A stretch of 64,000 nt of DNA, taken from contig CAVRDA010000021.1 of NCBI GenBank assembly GCA_963719755.1, positions 291,005-355,004 of the forward strand, in the 5' to 3' direction. Positions 20,918 to 37,759 of this stretch are shown in pieces. Numbering within the stretch: the stretch's first letter is position 1; every line of letters starts with the position of its first letter. The translations under genes were made by a program, and so were the position numbers. The stretch comes from Vicinamibacteria bacterium. Its GTDB lineage: Bacteria; Acidobacteriota; Vicinamibacteria; Vicinamibacterales; JAENWD01. Below the pieces are notes generated by a model. It saw only the letters and a program-made list of their open reading frames with translations, was not told the DNA's origin and did not search any database.

Positions 20918-22871
20918 TCAGTTGGTCACGTCAGACAGCACCAGCGAGAACCGGAAATTCAGGTCGGTCCTGCGCGTCCATAGCACGCCGTCGTTCGAGA
21001 AGTACGAGTGTCCGAAGATGGTGCCGGTGAAGTTGAGCCCGACAAGCGGCGGCTGGCCGCTGACACCGGGATACGGTGCTGTCGTCGGGATTCGCAGGAC
21101 CAGGAACAGATCGGTAATGGTCCCACCGGCGATGCCGCTGCGCACCACGCGGCCCAGCTCCTGCGGTTCGGGCTCGAACAGCGGCGCGAAGTCGCCGTCC
21201 TGCCCGAGAAAGCTGGTCGTCCGCAGCAGCGGGTTGACCAGGTCGATCGCCGTGATGTTGCCGCTGGCATCCACGGTTCCGGTCGTGATCAGCGCCTCGG
21301 AGAACAACGCGGGTGTCGACGCGTCGACGATGTGGGTCTCGAACAGCGCGCCGTGCAGCAGGAACGCGCTGCCCTTCATGGCGTCCGTCACCTGCGACGC
21401 CGGCACCCTCACCGCGTAGTACCGCCCCGGCGGCGAGTTGATGAACCCTATCGCGTTCAGCGCACCGAAGTTGCTGACGTTGACGGCACGCGACGTCGTG
21501 ACGTTGACGTCAGCACTGGTCTGTCCCGGAGTCACCGCAATGTTCTTCGCCTTCCCTGGACGCTTTTCGAGTGTCGACTCCTTGTTGTTGTTCCAGAACT
21601 CCTCGTTGAAGTTCATCTGGCCGAAGAAGTTGCCGATCTGGGTGGTAAAGCTGATGTTGGCGGCAGCAGACGGGGCTGCCGTCCACCGGCTCGAACCCCA
21701 CGGCGTAGCTGCCCTTCGGCACCGGAATCACGTAGTCGCCGTTGACGATGGTGACGGCGCCGGTTCTGGGAGGAAGGACAGGCCGCCCGTTGACGGGTCG
21801 AACGACAGCCGCGTGGTCCCCGAGAACGCACTCGACGCCAACGGCCCGGCCTTCCCAATCCGTCGCGAAGACGTGCGCCCCGGCCAGCGGCTCGTTCTGC
21901 ACGCCGTGCGTGACGGTCCCCCTGATGAGCCCGAACACCTGGTTGAAGGACAGATCGCCGGCCTGCAGAGCAGCCGGCCCGGACGTGGCCGTGCCCTCGG
22001 GATAGAAGTACGACGCCCATGCGACGTCGTCGATCTCCGGAGAGCGCTGCGAGAGCTCGGAGGCCGGATCGCCGGTGTCGATGAACGGGAACATCGTCGC
22101 GCCGGTCGGGTCCTGGGCCGACTGCTGATTCACGAGCGTGTGCGACAGGCCGAACGAGTGGCCGAACTCATGCGTCGCCACGCCTTCGAGGTCGACCGAG
22201 CGAATGTTGATGTCGGCGTCGCCGTCGTTCACCGTGAAACGGAATCCGTTGGTTGTCTTGGTGTTGAACTGGACGTCGTTGTCGAGGATCGTGCCGGCCT
22301 TGTAGAAGCCGGCCGGGAACTCGAAGTCGCCGTCGTTGTCGACGTCGCTGGACGACGCGATCGACGCCGAGACATCGGAGTCGCCGTCGCCGTCGATGTC
22401 GTCGCCGTCGTCGAACTGCGAGTCGGCGATGAGAGACGTCGAGGGCGACGACGCGATAGCCGTGAAGGTGGCGGCCGTGCGGAACGTCAGCTCGTTGACC
22501 ATGTCGAATCCGCGAAGGCCCAGGTTGGCAGTCGTCGACGTGAGCTGCATCTCGATGAACGACGTCGGGATCGTGTTCCAGCGGTTGAAAGACCGCGTGA
22601 AAGCAGCCTGCGCGTCGGCCAGGGTCAGCGAACGCCGCGCCGAGAGCGATTGGGCACCGGGTCGAGCGTCGTGTTGATGCTGTAGCGAACGGGCAGTGAA
22701 CGGACATCCCACTTGATGCCGATTACGCGGCCGACGATGTGGCCGGCGAATCGGCGAGGGGACGAAGCCGGTGATGTCTACGGTCTCCAGGGCGCCGCCG
22801 GCGCGCAGCCCTGAGGCCTGGGCGAACACGAGCACACCGACGGCGAAGAGAGCCAGAGAAGCTTTTCGCAT
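20918..22871 (-). CDS. Secreted matrixin/metzincin metalloprotease with C-terminal beta-rich domains, frameshifted
   Basis: Signal peptide, HEFGHSFGLSH zinc motif, Met-turn ATMFP, DIDGDGD and DVDNDGD loops. Confidence 0.82.
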
Positions 22872-22880
22872 GATGGCCCC

Positions 22881-23432
22881 CTACTTCAGGTGGCCGAGGA
22901 TCTCGGCCTTGAACTCATCCAGCGGCTTCTGCGAGCGCGTGCCGCGGGTGACTCCGGTTCCGCTCTGGAGGCTGACCCCGGTCAGGTCGCGCGTGACGTA
23001 CTTGCGGCCGTTGCCGTCGCGTCCGATCGAAAACTTACCCTGGGAGAAGCCAGCAACGACCGGCCCGCTGGCAACGCCCTCGTCGGTGACGAGGAACAGG
23101 AAGACCTCCTCGCCCACCTGCAGGGTCGGAGCGCCCGGCCAGACGACCGAGACGGGGAACTTGCGCGCCGAGTCGATGCCGCCCGGCAGCGCGACCGTCA
23201 GCGACGGGCCCGACGTGCCCTTGAGCCCTTCATCGACCGCGACGGTGGCCACCGTGACCAGCGTGCGTCCTTCCCAGACCGACTTGAGCGCTGTGCAGCG
23301 GCCGATGACGATGATCTCGGAGCTCGTCGCGAGTTCCTCGTCGCTGAGCTGGCGGGCAGTCGTGGCCTCGATCGAAGCCGCGGCACCGAAGACGGCAAGT
23401 ACGTAGAGGGTCCTTCGGAGTATGCGGGTCAT
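22881..23432 (-). CDS. Secreted hypothetical protein upstream of the matrixin
   Basis: Signal peptide, ATTARQLSDEELATSSEIIVIG, LPGG, GEEVFLFL, VAGFSQGKF; GGAGG RBS. Confidence 0.75.
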   Translation of the reverse strand: MTRILRRTLYVLAVFGAAASIEATTARQLSDEELATSSEIIVIGRCTALKSVWEGRTLVTVATVAVDEGLKGTSGPSLTVALPGGIDSARKFPVSVVWPGAPTLQVGEEVFLFLVTDEGVASGPVVAGFSQGKFSIGRDGNGRKYVTRDLTGVSLQSGTGVTRGTRSQKPLDEFKAEILGHLK

Positions 23433-23574
23433 GCCGGTTCCTCCACCATGCAAGCAGTTGCAGGAGTCCCGCGTGCTGGCAGGGGAGCAGGGCCCGGGAC
23501 AAAGGACACCGTCGCGGGTGGAAACGGCCGGCAGGGCGGGACGGGCTGCCGCGAGGTGCGGACGGATTTTACAA

Positions 23575-23667
23575 CAGCCTTCCGTCTTCGGCCTTCAGCC
23601 TTCGGCTACTACGCAGATGCCCTCAATCGCGTCGCAGCTGATGGCGGGTGCTGGAGACCGAAGGCTG
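23575..23667. repeat. Heptamer repeats (GCCTTC-like) with an inverted copy, downstream of the oxidase operon
   Basis: cagcctt ccgtctt cggcctt cagcctt cggc ... ccgaaggctg; CAGCCTTCGG/CCGAAGGCTG is a 10-bp IR. Confidence 0.6.
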
Positions 23668-23674
23668 AGCTGCG

Positions 23675-24010
23675 TCAGTGCGCGATCGTCGGCGCCGCCA
23701 TCCAGCCGCGGGTGGCGTAATCCGCCATCAGGATCGACAGCAGGATGAACAGCCAGAACACACCGGATCCCACCACGACCCAGGTGAGCTTGGAGCTGTA
23801 CTTGAGGTGCATGAAGTACAGGACGACCAGGCTGGCCTTGAACACCGCGACGCCGAGCGCGACGAGGATGTTGAGGGTGCCGAGGTCCAGCCACGCCACC
23901 GCCACGGTGATGGCGGTCAGCACCATCAGCGCCCCGAAGATGCCGAAGTACACCGGGAGCGGCGTGACGTGCTCGTGGCCGAGATCTGCGTGATGTGCGT
24001 GGGCGTCCAT
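23675..24010 (-). CDS. ctaF: Cytochrome c oxidase subunit IV
   Basis: Three TM helices, KASLVVLYFMHLK, last gene of the operon. Confidence 0.88.
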   Translation of the reverse strand: MDAHAHHADLGHEHVTPLPVYFGIFGALMVLTAITVAVAWLDLGTLNILVALGVAVFKASLVVLYFMHLKYSSKLTWVVVGSGVFWLFILLSILMADYATRGWMAAPTIAH

Positions 24011-24017
24011 GCGCGCG

Positions 24018-24729
24018 TTATCCGTGTCGATTCACGAGGTACAGGAGCGGGAACAGGAAGATCCAGACGATGTCGACGAAGTGCCAGTAGAGGCCGAAGA
24101 TCTCGACCGGCGCGTACCACTGCGGCGTGAACTCGCCCTTGATCGCCATCCACGTGATGACCGCGAGGATGCCGATGCCGATGATCATGTGCAGCGCGTG
24201 CATCCCGGTCAGCGCGAAGTAGAGCACCATGAAGATGCGCATCTGCGACGCGATGGGCGCGTACTCGCCGGTAACCTCGAAGATGCCGGCGCCGGGGAAC
24301 AGGCGGATCATCGACGCGCCGTGGTGCGCCGCGTGCAGGTCGAACTTCGACGAGTACTCGAAGTACTTGATCACCAGGAACGCCAGGCCGAGGATGCCGG
24401 TGAGCACCAGGTAGTTGACGACCTGCTTCTTCCTGCCCACCTGCGCGGCGTGCACGCCGAGGGCGACCGTGAGGGAGCTGCCGATGAGGACGGCGGTGTT
24501 GATTCCGCCGAGGACCAGGTCCAGCTCGCGGCTGGCGGCGACGAAGCCCTGGCAGTACCACATCCGGTACAGCAGGTAGGCTGCGAACATGCCGCCGAAG
24601 AACATGATTTCGGTGACGAGGAACACCCACATCCCGAGGGTCACAGCTTCCTTCTGCTGTGCCATCGTGTCGAAGTGGTGCTGCAGCCGCGGCGAGGCGT
24701 GCGCGGCGGCGCCGTGAGTCAGGACCGCT

Positions 24730-24737
<8 letters not shown>
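24018..24737 (-). CDS. ctaE: Cytochrome c oxidase subunit III
   Basis: [38 protein letters not shown]. Confidence 0.93.
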
Positions 24738-26361
<1,624 letters not shown>

Positions 26362-26377
26362 AGCGCTCTTCGTCTTC

Positions 26378-27376
26378 CTACTGCTGCGGCGCGGCGGGCG
26401 GCACGGGCGCTGGCGGCGCGGTGGCCGGCGCCGCCGGCGCCGGCTGCAAGGCCGGCATCGACTTGATGTATTCGATCAGCGCCAGCAGCTGCTCTTCGCT
26501 GACCTGGCCCTGGAACGTCGGCATCAGCGGCTGGTACCCGGCGACGAGCTTGGCCGTCGGCGTCAGAATCGACTCGCGGATGTACGCCGCGTCGGCGGTG
26601 ACCGTGTTGCCGTTGGCGAGCGCCACGCGGTGGCCCCACAGCCCGTTGAGCACCGGGCCGCGGCCCTGCGAGTTGGGCTGGTGGCAGGTGATGCACGCCA
26701 ACTGCGTGAAGAGCTTCTCGCCGCGCTCGGCCAGCGACTCGCCGGGGCTCGCGCCTCCGAGCCACGCCTGGTACTCCTCCTGCGACAGCACGTGCACCTT
26801 GCCGATCATCCCGGAATGCTTGGTGCCGCAATACTCCGCGCAGAAGATGTGGAACGTGCCGATCTTGGTCGCGTTGAACCACACCTGCGTGTAGCGGCCG
26901 GGGATCGCGTCCATCTTCACGCGGAACGACGGGAAGTAGAGGTCGTGCAGCACGTCCTCGGAGGTCACCAGGATGCGGACCGGGGTGTTCACCGGCACGT
27001 GCAGCTCGTTGATCTCGCGCTGGCCCTCGCGATGCTGGAACTTCCACATCCACTGCTTGCCGACCGCGTAGATGTCCAGCGTCTCGTCCGGCACGCGCGC
27101 GATGGCGAAGAACACGCTCGCGCCCCACACGAACATGACCATCGCGATCACGAACGGGATGCCGGTCCACAGCAGCTCGAGCGCCAGCGACCCGTGAATC
27201 GGCTCGCCGACCTCCGCGTCGTGACGGCGCCGGTACTTGATCGCGAAGAACACGACCATGACGGTGACCATCACCGCGAAAAACGCGCTGACGGCGATCA
27301 TGAAGAAGTACAGGTTGTCCACCCGTGACGCCACGGTGGAGGCCTGTTCGGGGAACAACGGGATGGTCGGTTCCAT
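26378..27376 (-). CDS. ctaC: Cytochrome c oxidase subunit II with fused cytochrome c (caa3-type)
   Basis: CuA ligands DVLH and [12 protein letters not shown]; C-terminal CITCH heme site. Confidence 0.95.
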   Translation of the reverse strand: MEPTIPLFPEQASTVASRVDNLYFFMIAVSAFFAVMVTVMVVFFAIKYRRRHDAEVGEPIHGSLALELLWTGIPFVIAMVMFVWGASVFFAIARVPDETLDIYAVGKQWMWKFQHREGQREINELHVPVNTPVRILVTSEDVLHDLYFPSFRVKMDAIPGRYTQVWFNATKIGTFHIFCAEYCGTKHSGMIGKVHVLSQEEYQAWLGGASPGESLAERGEKLFTQLACITCHQPNSQGRGPVLNGLWGHRVALANGNTVTADAAYIRESILTPTAKLVAGYQPLMPTFQGQVSEEQLLALIEYIKSMPALQPAPAAPATAPPAPVPPAAPQQ

Positions 27377-27411
27377 GTGTCTTCGCTACGCTCGGTCGTC
27401 TCGCACGGCGG

Positions 27412-28279
27412 TCAGGCGCGCGCGCCGTGCGGCAGCGGGCCCCGTCGGTCCCTGCGCCGCATGATCAGTATGGCCACGCCCATGCCCACGACGGTGAGGA
27501 TGCCGGCCAGCCGCACGAACGTCATGATCGCCAGGCTGTACTTCCCGCTCTTCGGGTCGTAGTGGAAGCAGGCCAGCAGCAGCTGGTCCACGGGGCTGCC
27601 AATCTTCCGGTCGGCCGCGTCGATCAGCGCCAGGCGCAGATCACGCGGCGCGTACTCGATGCCGTAGAAGTAGTGCGACAGCCGGCCGTCTGGCGTCACC
27701 ACCATGATTCCACTGGCATGCGCGTACTGGTCTACTTCGGCGTTGTAACGCGTAGCGGAACCCGACCTGCCGCGTCAGCTGCGTGATCGAATGCTGGCTC
27801 CCGGTCAGGAAGTGCCAGCCCCGCTCGGCGCCCGCGCGCTTGTAGCGCTCGATGTACGTCGCCTTCTTCGCCCGCGCCAGCTCCGGCGTCTCGCCCGGAT
27901 CGAAGCTCACGGTGACGATGTCGAACTCCTTGCCGACAGTGAAGTTCATCACCGACAACGCGCTCGCCAGCCCGTTGAGCACCTGCGTGCAGAGCATCGG
28001 GCACTCGTAGTAGACCAGCGTCAGGATTACCGGACGCTTGCCGAAGTAGTCCCCGAGCCGGACCTCCCGCCCCTGCTCGTCCTTGAACTTCAGCGACAGC
28101 GGCAGCGGCTCGTTCAGCTTCTGGTCGAGCCCGATGTCCTGCAGCAGCGTCGGCATCGCGCCGGCCGGCGGCACCGCTTCGGTCAGCCGCTCGGTCGGCG
28201 GACGGACCGGTTCCTGCGCGGCCGCGGGAGCGGTCAGCAAGAGCGCCAGTCCGAGTAATGCCCACCGAGAAATACTCAT
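27412..28279 (-). CDS. SCO1/SenC copper chaperone, frameshift near 27745
   Basis: YYECPMLC CxxxC motif, GWHFLTG, HASGIMVVTPDG, C-terminal TM helix. Confidence 0.88.
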
Positions 28280-28295
28280 CGTCCCCTGTGTTCCT

Positions 28296-28342
28296 CCGCT
28301 CCGCGACGCGGCCGCGACCCGCGGCTCGAAGCCGCGCCCTCC
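28296..28342. repeat. GGAGGG-flanked GC hairpin, REP-like family
   Basis: Minus strand reads ggagggcgcggcttcgagccgcg directly from the upstream stop codon. Confidence 0.5.
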
Positions 28343-28809
28343 TAATGTGCCGGCGCGGCCGCAGGCGGTGGCGCCGCCGGCGCTGCAGCCGGTGCCGCGG
28401 CCGGAGTCGCCTCCGGCGGCGCGGCGCGGTGCGGCAACCCGCGCTCGGCGAGCAGCTCGATCGCCCGCTCCACCGGAATGCGCACCGTCCCCGCGTTCTT
28501 GTCGATCCACGCGTAGCGGTCGAGCATCTGCTCCTGGTCGCGCCGTACCGTCTTCACGTCGTCGAACGGATACGTCTGCAGTCGCGGCGTCGGCGGCAGC
28601 GGACGCTCCACGCCCTCGGCGAGCGGATACCGCGGCGCTTTCTCCGTCTGCTCGCGCGCATCGAGGAACTTGTAGAAGCCCACCGTCAGCACCGCCGTGA
28701 ACAGCGTGAGCACCGTCAGGAACACCGCGAACTTGACCAGCGGTCCGATCTCGGCGTCGGTCTCTTCGTGGCCGACGAAGTCGGCGTCGTGTTCGTTGTG
28801 CGCGCTCAT
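28342..28809 (-). CDS. Single-TM hypothetical protein, ActG-like accessory subunit
   Basis: HEETD N-terminus, one TM, PRLQ, YAWID...VRIPVERAIELL; lies between actF and SCO. Confidence 0.65.
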   Translation of the reverse strand: MSAHNEHDADFVGHEETDAEIGPLVKFAVFLTVLTLFTAVLTVGFYKFLDAREQTEKAPRYPLAEGVERPLPPTPRLQTYPFDDVKTVRRDQEQMLDRYAWIDKNAGTVRIPVERAIELLAERGLPHRAAPPEATPAAAPAAAPAAPPPAAAPAH

Positions 28810-28814
28810 AATCT

Positions 28815-28880
28815 GCCTTCAGCCCTCGGATTCCGAAGTCCCAATCCGCAACCGTCAACCCTCAACCTGCAACCGTCAAC
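28815..28880. repeat. 7-nt periodic array whose unit drifts along its length
   Basis: gccttca gccctcg gattccg aagtccc aatccgc aaccgtc aaccctc aacctgc aaccgtc aac, filling the gap after actF. Confidence 0.7.
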
Positions 28881-30065
28881 TCAGTGATCGGCCCCCGCCG
28901 CGATGGCCTCCTCGAGCGTCGGCTCGGTCACCGGCAGCAGCGGCCGCGTGCCGAGCTGCCACAGGAACAGCGCCACCCAGACGCCGCCGAGCGCGATTGG
29001 CGCGACGACGTCGAGCCAGTGCACCGACAGCAGCGGCTGCCCGTGCTCGGGCCCGATCAGCCAGAACAGGTCCACGAAGCGCATGACGATGACGAGGACG
29101 GCGATGGCGGCGACGCTCGTGCCGGCGCGCTTCAAATCGCGATTGAGCAGCAGCAGGTACGGCAGCGCGAAGTGCCCGACGATCACCAGGATGCTCACCC
29201 AGCCCCAGCCGCCGGTCATGCGGGCCATGTACCAGGGAATTTCCTCGGGCAGGTTGCCCGCCCAGATGATCAGGAACTGCGAGAAGCTGAAGTAGGCCCA
29301 CAGCATCACGAAGGCGAGCATCAGCTTGCCAAGGTCGTGCAGGTGGTTCGGGCCGATGACCTTCGAGAGCGGCTCGGTGCGGGCCAGCAGCACGATCACG
29401 GCAACGGTGAACGCCATCGACGACAGGCCCTGGCCGCCCATGAAGAGGATGCCGTAAATCGTCGAGAACCAGTGCGGGTCGATGGACATCATCCAGTCCA
29501 CCGACATGAAGAAGATCGTCAGCGCGTAGAGGACGAGTCCGCCGCCGCTCAGCCGCTGCATCTTGAGAGCGCGCTTCTCGTCGTAGCCGCGGTCCTGCTG
29601 CAGCGACCACCCCGACAGCGTGTACGCCAGCAGCGTCCACAGCACGAAGTAGATCGCCGCTCGGATGTAGAAGGCCGACACGTTGAGGTACGGCTGCTTG
29701 AACTGCAGCACCTTGTCGGCCGCCACTACCTCGGGCCGCGCCCACACGTACAGATCGTGGACGCCGAAGGCGATGGGCAGGAACAGCAGCGCCATGAACG
29801 GCACGGTGCGGCTCGACGCCTCGAATACGCGGCGCGTCACGACGCCCCACGCGCCGCCAGAGAGATGGTGGATCATCGACCAGGCGAGCGATCCCAGCGC
29901 GACGCCGACCCAGAAGACGAACGCCATCAGGTACGCGCGATAGAAATGGTGCGCGCTGGCGAAATACCCCACCGCCAGCAGCCCCAGCCCGATCACGCCG
30001 ACGCCCAGCGCGAGACGCTGGACGCTGGCTACCCGGGCCGGCACGGAATAGGACGAGTCGCTCAT
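28881..30065 (-). CDS. actF: Alternative complex III subunit F
   Basis: About 10 TM helices, DWMMSIDPHWFSTIYG, HDLGKLM, SQFLIIWAGNLPEE. Confidence 0.9.
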   Translation of the reverse strand: MSDSSYSVPARVASVQRLALGVGVIGLGLLAVGYFASAHHFYRAYLMAFVFWVGVALGSLAWSMIHHLSGGAWGVVTRRVFEASSRTVPFMALLFLPIAFGVHDLYVWARPEVVAADKVLQFKQPYLNVSAFYIRAAIYFVLWTLLAYTLSGWSLQQDRGYDEKRALKMQRLSGGGLVLYALTIFFMSVDWMMSIDPHWFSTIYGILFMGGQGLSSMAFTVAVIVLLARTEPLSKVIGPNHLHDLGKLMLAFVMLWAYFSFSQFLIIWAGNLPEEIPWYMARMTGGWGWVSILVIVGHFALPYLLLLNRDLKRAGTSVAAIAVLVIVMRFVDLFWLIGPEHGQPLLSVHWLDVVAPIALGGVWVALFLWQLGTRPLLPVTEPTLEEAIAAGADH

Positions 30066-30095
30066 CAGCCTTCAGCCTTCAGTCCTCGGCCTTCA
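30066..30095. repeat. Heptamer tandem repeat CAGCCTT-like x4
   Basis: cagcctt cagcctt cagtcct cggcctt fills the actE-actF gap. Confidence 0.8.
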
Positions 30096-30782
30096 ATGGC
30101 CGGAGCCATGCGAGGGGGCCGGCTTGGCCGGCGCCTCCGTCTCTGGCTTGTCCAGATCGGCAACCTTGTCGTGCGGGACGTCGGCGACGGTCGCGCGCTG
30201 GCTCAACTGAAGCGCACGGATGTACGCGGCAATGGCCCAGCGATCCTTCACCTCCACCTGCGCGCGGTAGTCCTGCATCACGCCGAGGCCGTTGCTCATC
30301 ACGTCGAAGTAGTGGCCGACGGGCGAGCTGCGCTGCCGTTCGTCATGGAACGACGGCGGCGGCCGCAGGCCGCGCTGGACGATCATGCCGTTGCCGCTGC
30401 CGGTCGTGCCGTGGCATGGCGTGCAGAATGCGTTGAACCGCTGCTGTCCGCGCTCCAGCACTTCGCGGGTGACGGGGAACGGAAACTGGTCCACCAGCTG
30501 GCCGTCCACCTTGCCCGTGGTGAGCAGCTCGTCGTCGTTCAGCCAGCCGCGCGCGACCGTGCCCTCGACCAGCGGCCTGCCGCCACGGCCGTCCGCGAAC
30601 GCGTCGGTCGCCTCGAACGCCTCGACGCGCGGCGCGTCGTGCATGTCCTGGCGGCAGGCCGCGCCGGTCACGGCGAGCGCCAGCGCCGCAGGCAACAGCA
30701 GCGCGGCCCTGAAGGACCGCGACCATGTGGCGGGGCTGAAGCCCCGCCGCCACGACAGACGAGAGACCAGGCTACGCGGCAA
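30093..30782 (-). CDS. actE: Alternative complex III subunit E, monoheme cytochrome c lipoprotein
   Basis: Lipobox GAAC-RQDM, CTPCH, DRWAIAAYIRALQ; start uncertain. Confidence 0.88.
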   Translation of the reverse strand: MPRSLVSRLSWRRGFSPATWSRSFRAALLLPAALALAVTGAACRQDMHDAPRVEAFEATDAFADGRGGRPLVEGTVARGWLNDDELLTTGKVDGQLVDQFPFPVTREVLERGQQRFNAFCTPCHGTTGSGNGMIVQRGLRPPPSFHDERQRSSPVGHYFDVMSNGLGVMQDYRAQVEVKDRWAIAAYIRALQLSQRATVADVPHDKVADLDKPETEAPAKPAPSHGSGH

Positions 30783-31322
30783 TGTCGGACACTCCCAGCG
30801 GATGCAGTCCCTCGAGGAACGCCCGCGTCCCGGCGAGGTCGAACTTCGGATCCGCCGACTCGATGCTCAGGAAGAACCGATCCGCCGACGCGTTGGTGAA
30901 CTGCGGCACGTTGAACACCGGGTGGTACGGCCGCGGCAGCCCGTTGAGCGCGATCATGCCGACGACGGCAGTGAGGGCGGCCAGCAGGATCGTCGTCTCG
31001 TAGGCCGGGATGATGAACGCCGGCCAACTCGCCAGCGGGCGCCCGCCGATGTTGAGCGGGTACTCGACGGCCGCCGCCCAGGTACCTGCAGCCCGAAGCC
31101 ACCGAACATCCCCGTAAGCCCGCCGCCCAACACCAGCCACGGCAGCCCGGTCCGCCGCAGCTTCAGCGCGTCGTCCAGCTGGTGGATGGGAAACGGCGTG
31201 TACGCGTCGATCTTCGTGAAGCCAGCCTCGCGCGTCTTGCGCGCCGCGGCGACGATCGCCGTGGCCGAGTCGAACTCGGCGAGCAGGCCGAAAAGTTTCG
31301 GAGCCGTGTCGTCCTGATGCAT
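30772..31322 (-). CDS. actD: Alternative complex III subunit D (DUF3341), frameshift near 31085
   Basis: GLLAEFD, DAYTPFPIH, YPLNIGGRP, AFIIPAYETTIL. Confidence 0.88.
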
Positions 31323-31334
31323 CGTCGCACCGCC

Positions 31335-32756
<1,422 letters not shown>

Positions 32757-32759
32757 CGG

Positions 32760-35826
<3,067 letters not shown>

Positions 35827-35906
35827 GTGAGGTGTCGTGCGTGTTGCTGCTCCCGGGGGCATCCCGCGGGGTCAGCGCTCCTGCCGCGTCGTGTCCACGC
35901 TGCTGC

Positions 35907-36556
35907 TTACCGGTGGCACGTCGAGCAGGATGTCAGCGACTGAATGTCGTATTCCTTCACCAGACGGCGGCCGAGCTCGAGCTGATTGGCCGGCGGCTGG
36001 TAGTCCATCTGAAACACCGCCTCGCGCGGCCGCACGTACTTCTCCGGGTTGCGGTGGCAGTCGAGGCACCACTCCATCTGCAGCGTGTTCTCCTGGTACA
36101 TGAGCGGCATGCGGTCGACGCGGCCATGACAGGTCGCGCAGCCGACGCCCTTCTTCACGTGCACGCTGTGATTGAAGTAGGCGAAGTCGGGGAGGTCGTG
36201 CACGCGGAGCCACTTGATCGGCTTGTCGTCGCGGAAGCTGGCGCGGACGACCTCGAGATACGGGCTGGTGTTCCAGATCTGCGAGTGGCAGTTCATGCAG
36301 GTCTTGGTCGGCGGGATGCCGGCCGAGGCCGCCTTCTCCACGCTGCTGTGACAATAACGGCAGTCGATGCCGAGGCCGCCGGCGTGATGCTGGTGGCTGA
36401 ACTGCACGGGCTGTTCGCGCACGGTCTCGGCGCGCGTCATGTACGGCGAGCGGGCCAGCCAATCGAGCGTCAGGCCGAGCGCGGCGAGCAACAGCACCAG
36501 TGCCACGATGCTCCCGCGGGCATAGCTGTTGGCACTGGGGGGAAGATCTGCGACAT
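35907..36556 (-). CDS. actA: Alternative complex III subunit A, pentaheme cytochrome c, indel near the start
   Basis: Five CxxCH motifs (CRYCH, CMNCH, CATCH, CLDCH, CSTCH), QPVQFSH. Confidence 0.92.
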
Positions 36557-36731
36557 CTTCTCGATCTTTGGTCCTGGGTTCACCGCCGGCCGGCCCGGGG
36601 CCCCCGGCGCGGGCGAGGAGAGCACGCGAACACGGACTCACTGATGGCTGCCGAGCGGGACGGGGTCGAGCCGACCCCCGGAATTGGGGCAGACACGCAA
36701 GCGACGCGCTCGCGTCCGACGGCAATGAGAA

Positions 36732-36759
36732 GTATCAAAGTGATGAGGTATTGGTCAAG
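36732..36759 (-). promoter_or_regulatory. Candidate sigma70 promoter of the act-cta operon
   Basis: Minus strand TTGACC-16 nt-GATACT in an AT-rich patch about 175 nt upstream of actA. Confidence 0.4.
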
Positions 36760-36835
36760 GTCGCAGGCGGTCGCATCCTGGCCATCTGCCGCCGGCGGCG
36801 GCCTTTCTATTCGTGTAGTCTGCTCAGGCTGAACC

Positions 36836-37759
36836 ATGGATGCGATTGCGCTGGACCACGTCACCAAACGATTCGGAACCCACGCCGCGGTGGACGATCT
36901 CTCGCTGACCGTGCCGGCAGGCTCGGTCTACGGGTTCATCGGGCCGAACGGATCGGGCAAGACCACGACGATCCGGATGATCCTCAACATTCTCCTGCCC
37001 GACGCCGGGCGGATCGCGGTCTTCGGCGATCACCGGACCGACATCGCGCGCGACAAAATAGGGTATTTACCAGAAGAACGCGGGCTCTACAAGAAGATGA
37101 AGGTCCAGCGCCTGCTGAGATACTACGGGCGGCTCAAGGGTAAACCACTGAGCACACTGGATAAAAATATCAATAGGTGGATTGACCGAATGGGGCTGCG
37201 TCCATGGCTGGACAAGCCCGTCGAAGCGCTGTCCAAGGGCATGGCGCAGAAGGTCCAGTTCATCGCCGCCGTGGTCGCCGAGCCCGACCTGCTCATCCTC
37301 GACGAGCCCTTCACCGGACTGGACCCGGTCAACGCCGAAGTCCTGAAGGACGCCATCCTCGAAGTCCGCCGCGCCGGCACGACCATCGTCTTCAGCACGC
37401 ACGACATGGGCGTGGCCGAGCGGATGTGCGATCGGATCTTCATGATCTTCCGCGGCCGCAAAGTCCTGGACGGCACGCTCGCCGAAATCCAGGCGGCCTA
37501 CGGCGCCGATACGGTCCGGCTGCGCGTCGACGGCGGCGCGGCGCTGCTGCGCTCGCTGCCCGGCATCACCACGGTGAACGACTACGGCCAGCTGCAGGAG
37601 ATCCGCTTCCCCGGCGACCCGCAGCAGCTGCTCACCACGCTGGTGGCGCGGACCCGTGTGCAGCACTTCGAGGTGACGCACCCCTCGCTGCACGACATCT
37701 TCGTGCGCATCGCCCGTCCGACCCCCGAAGAGCTCGTCCAGGAGACGCCCCATGCGTAA
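36836..37759 (+). CDS. ABC-2 type transporter ATP-binding protein (NatA-like)
   Basis: GPNGSGKT, GYLPEERGLY, LSKGMAQK, DEPFTGLDPVN. Confidence 0.9.
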   Translation: MDAIALDHVTKRFGTHAAVDDLSLTVPAGSVYGFIGPNGSGKTTTIRMILNILLPDAGRIAVFGDHRTDIARDKIGYLPEERGLYKKMKVQRLLRYYGRLKGKPLSTLDKNINRWIDRMGLRPWLDKPVEALSKGMAQKVQFIAAVVAEPDLLILDEPFTGLDPVNAEVLKDAILEVRRAGTTIVFSTHDMGVAERMCDRIFMIFRGRKVLDGTLAEIQAAYGADTVRLRVDGGAALLRSLPGITTVNDYGQLQEIRFPGDPQQLLTTLVARTRVQHFEVTHPSLHDIFVRIARPTPEELVQETPHA

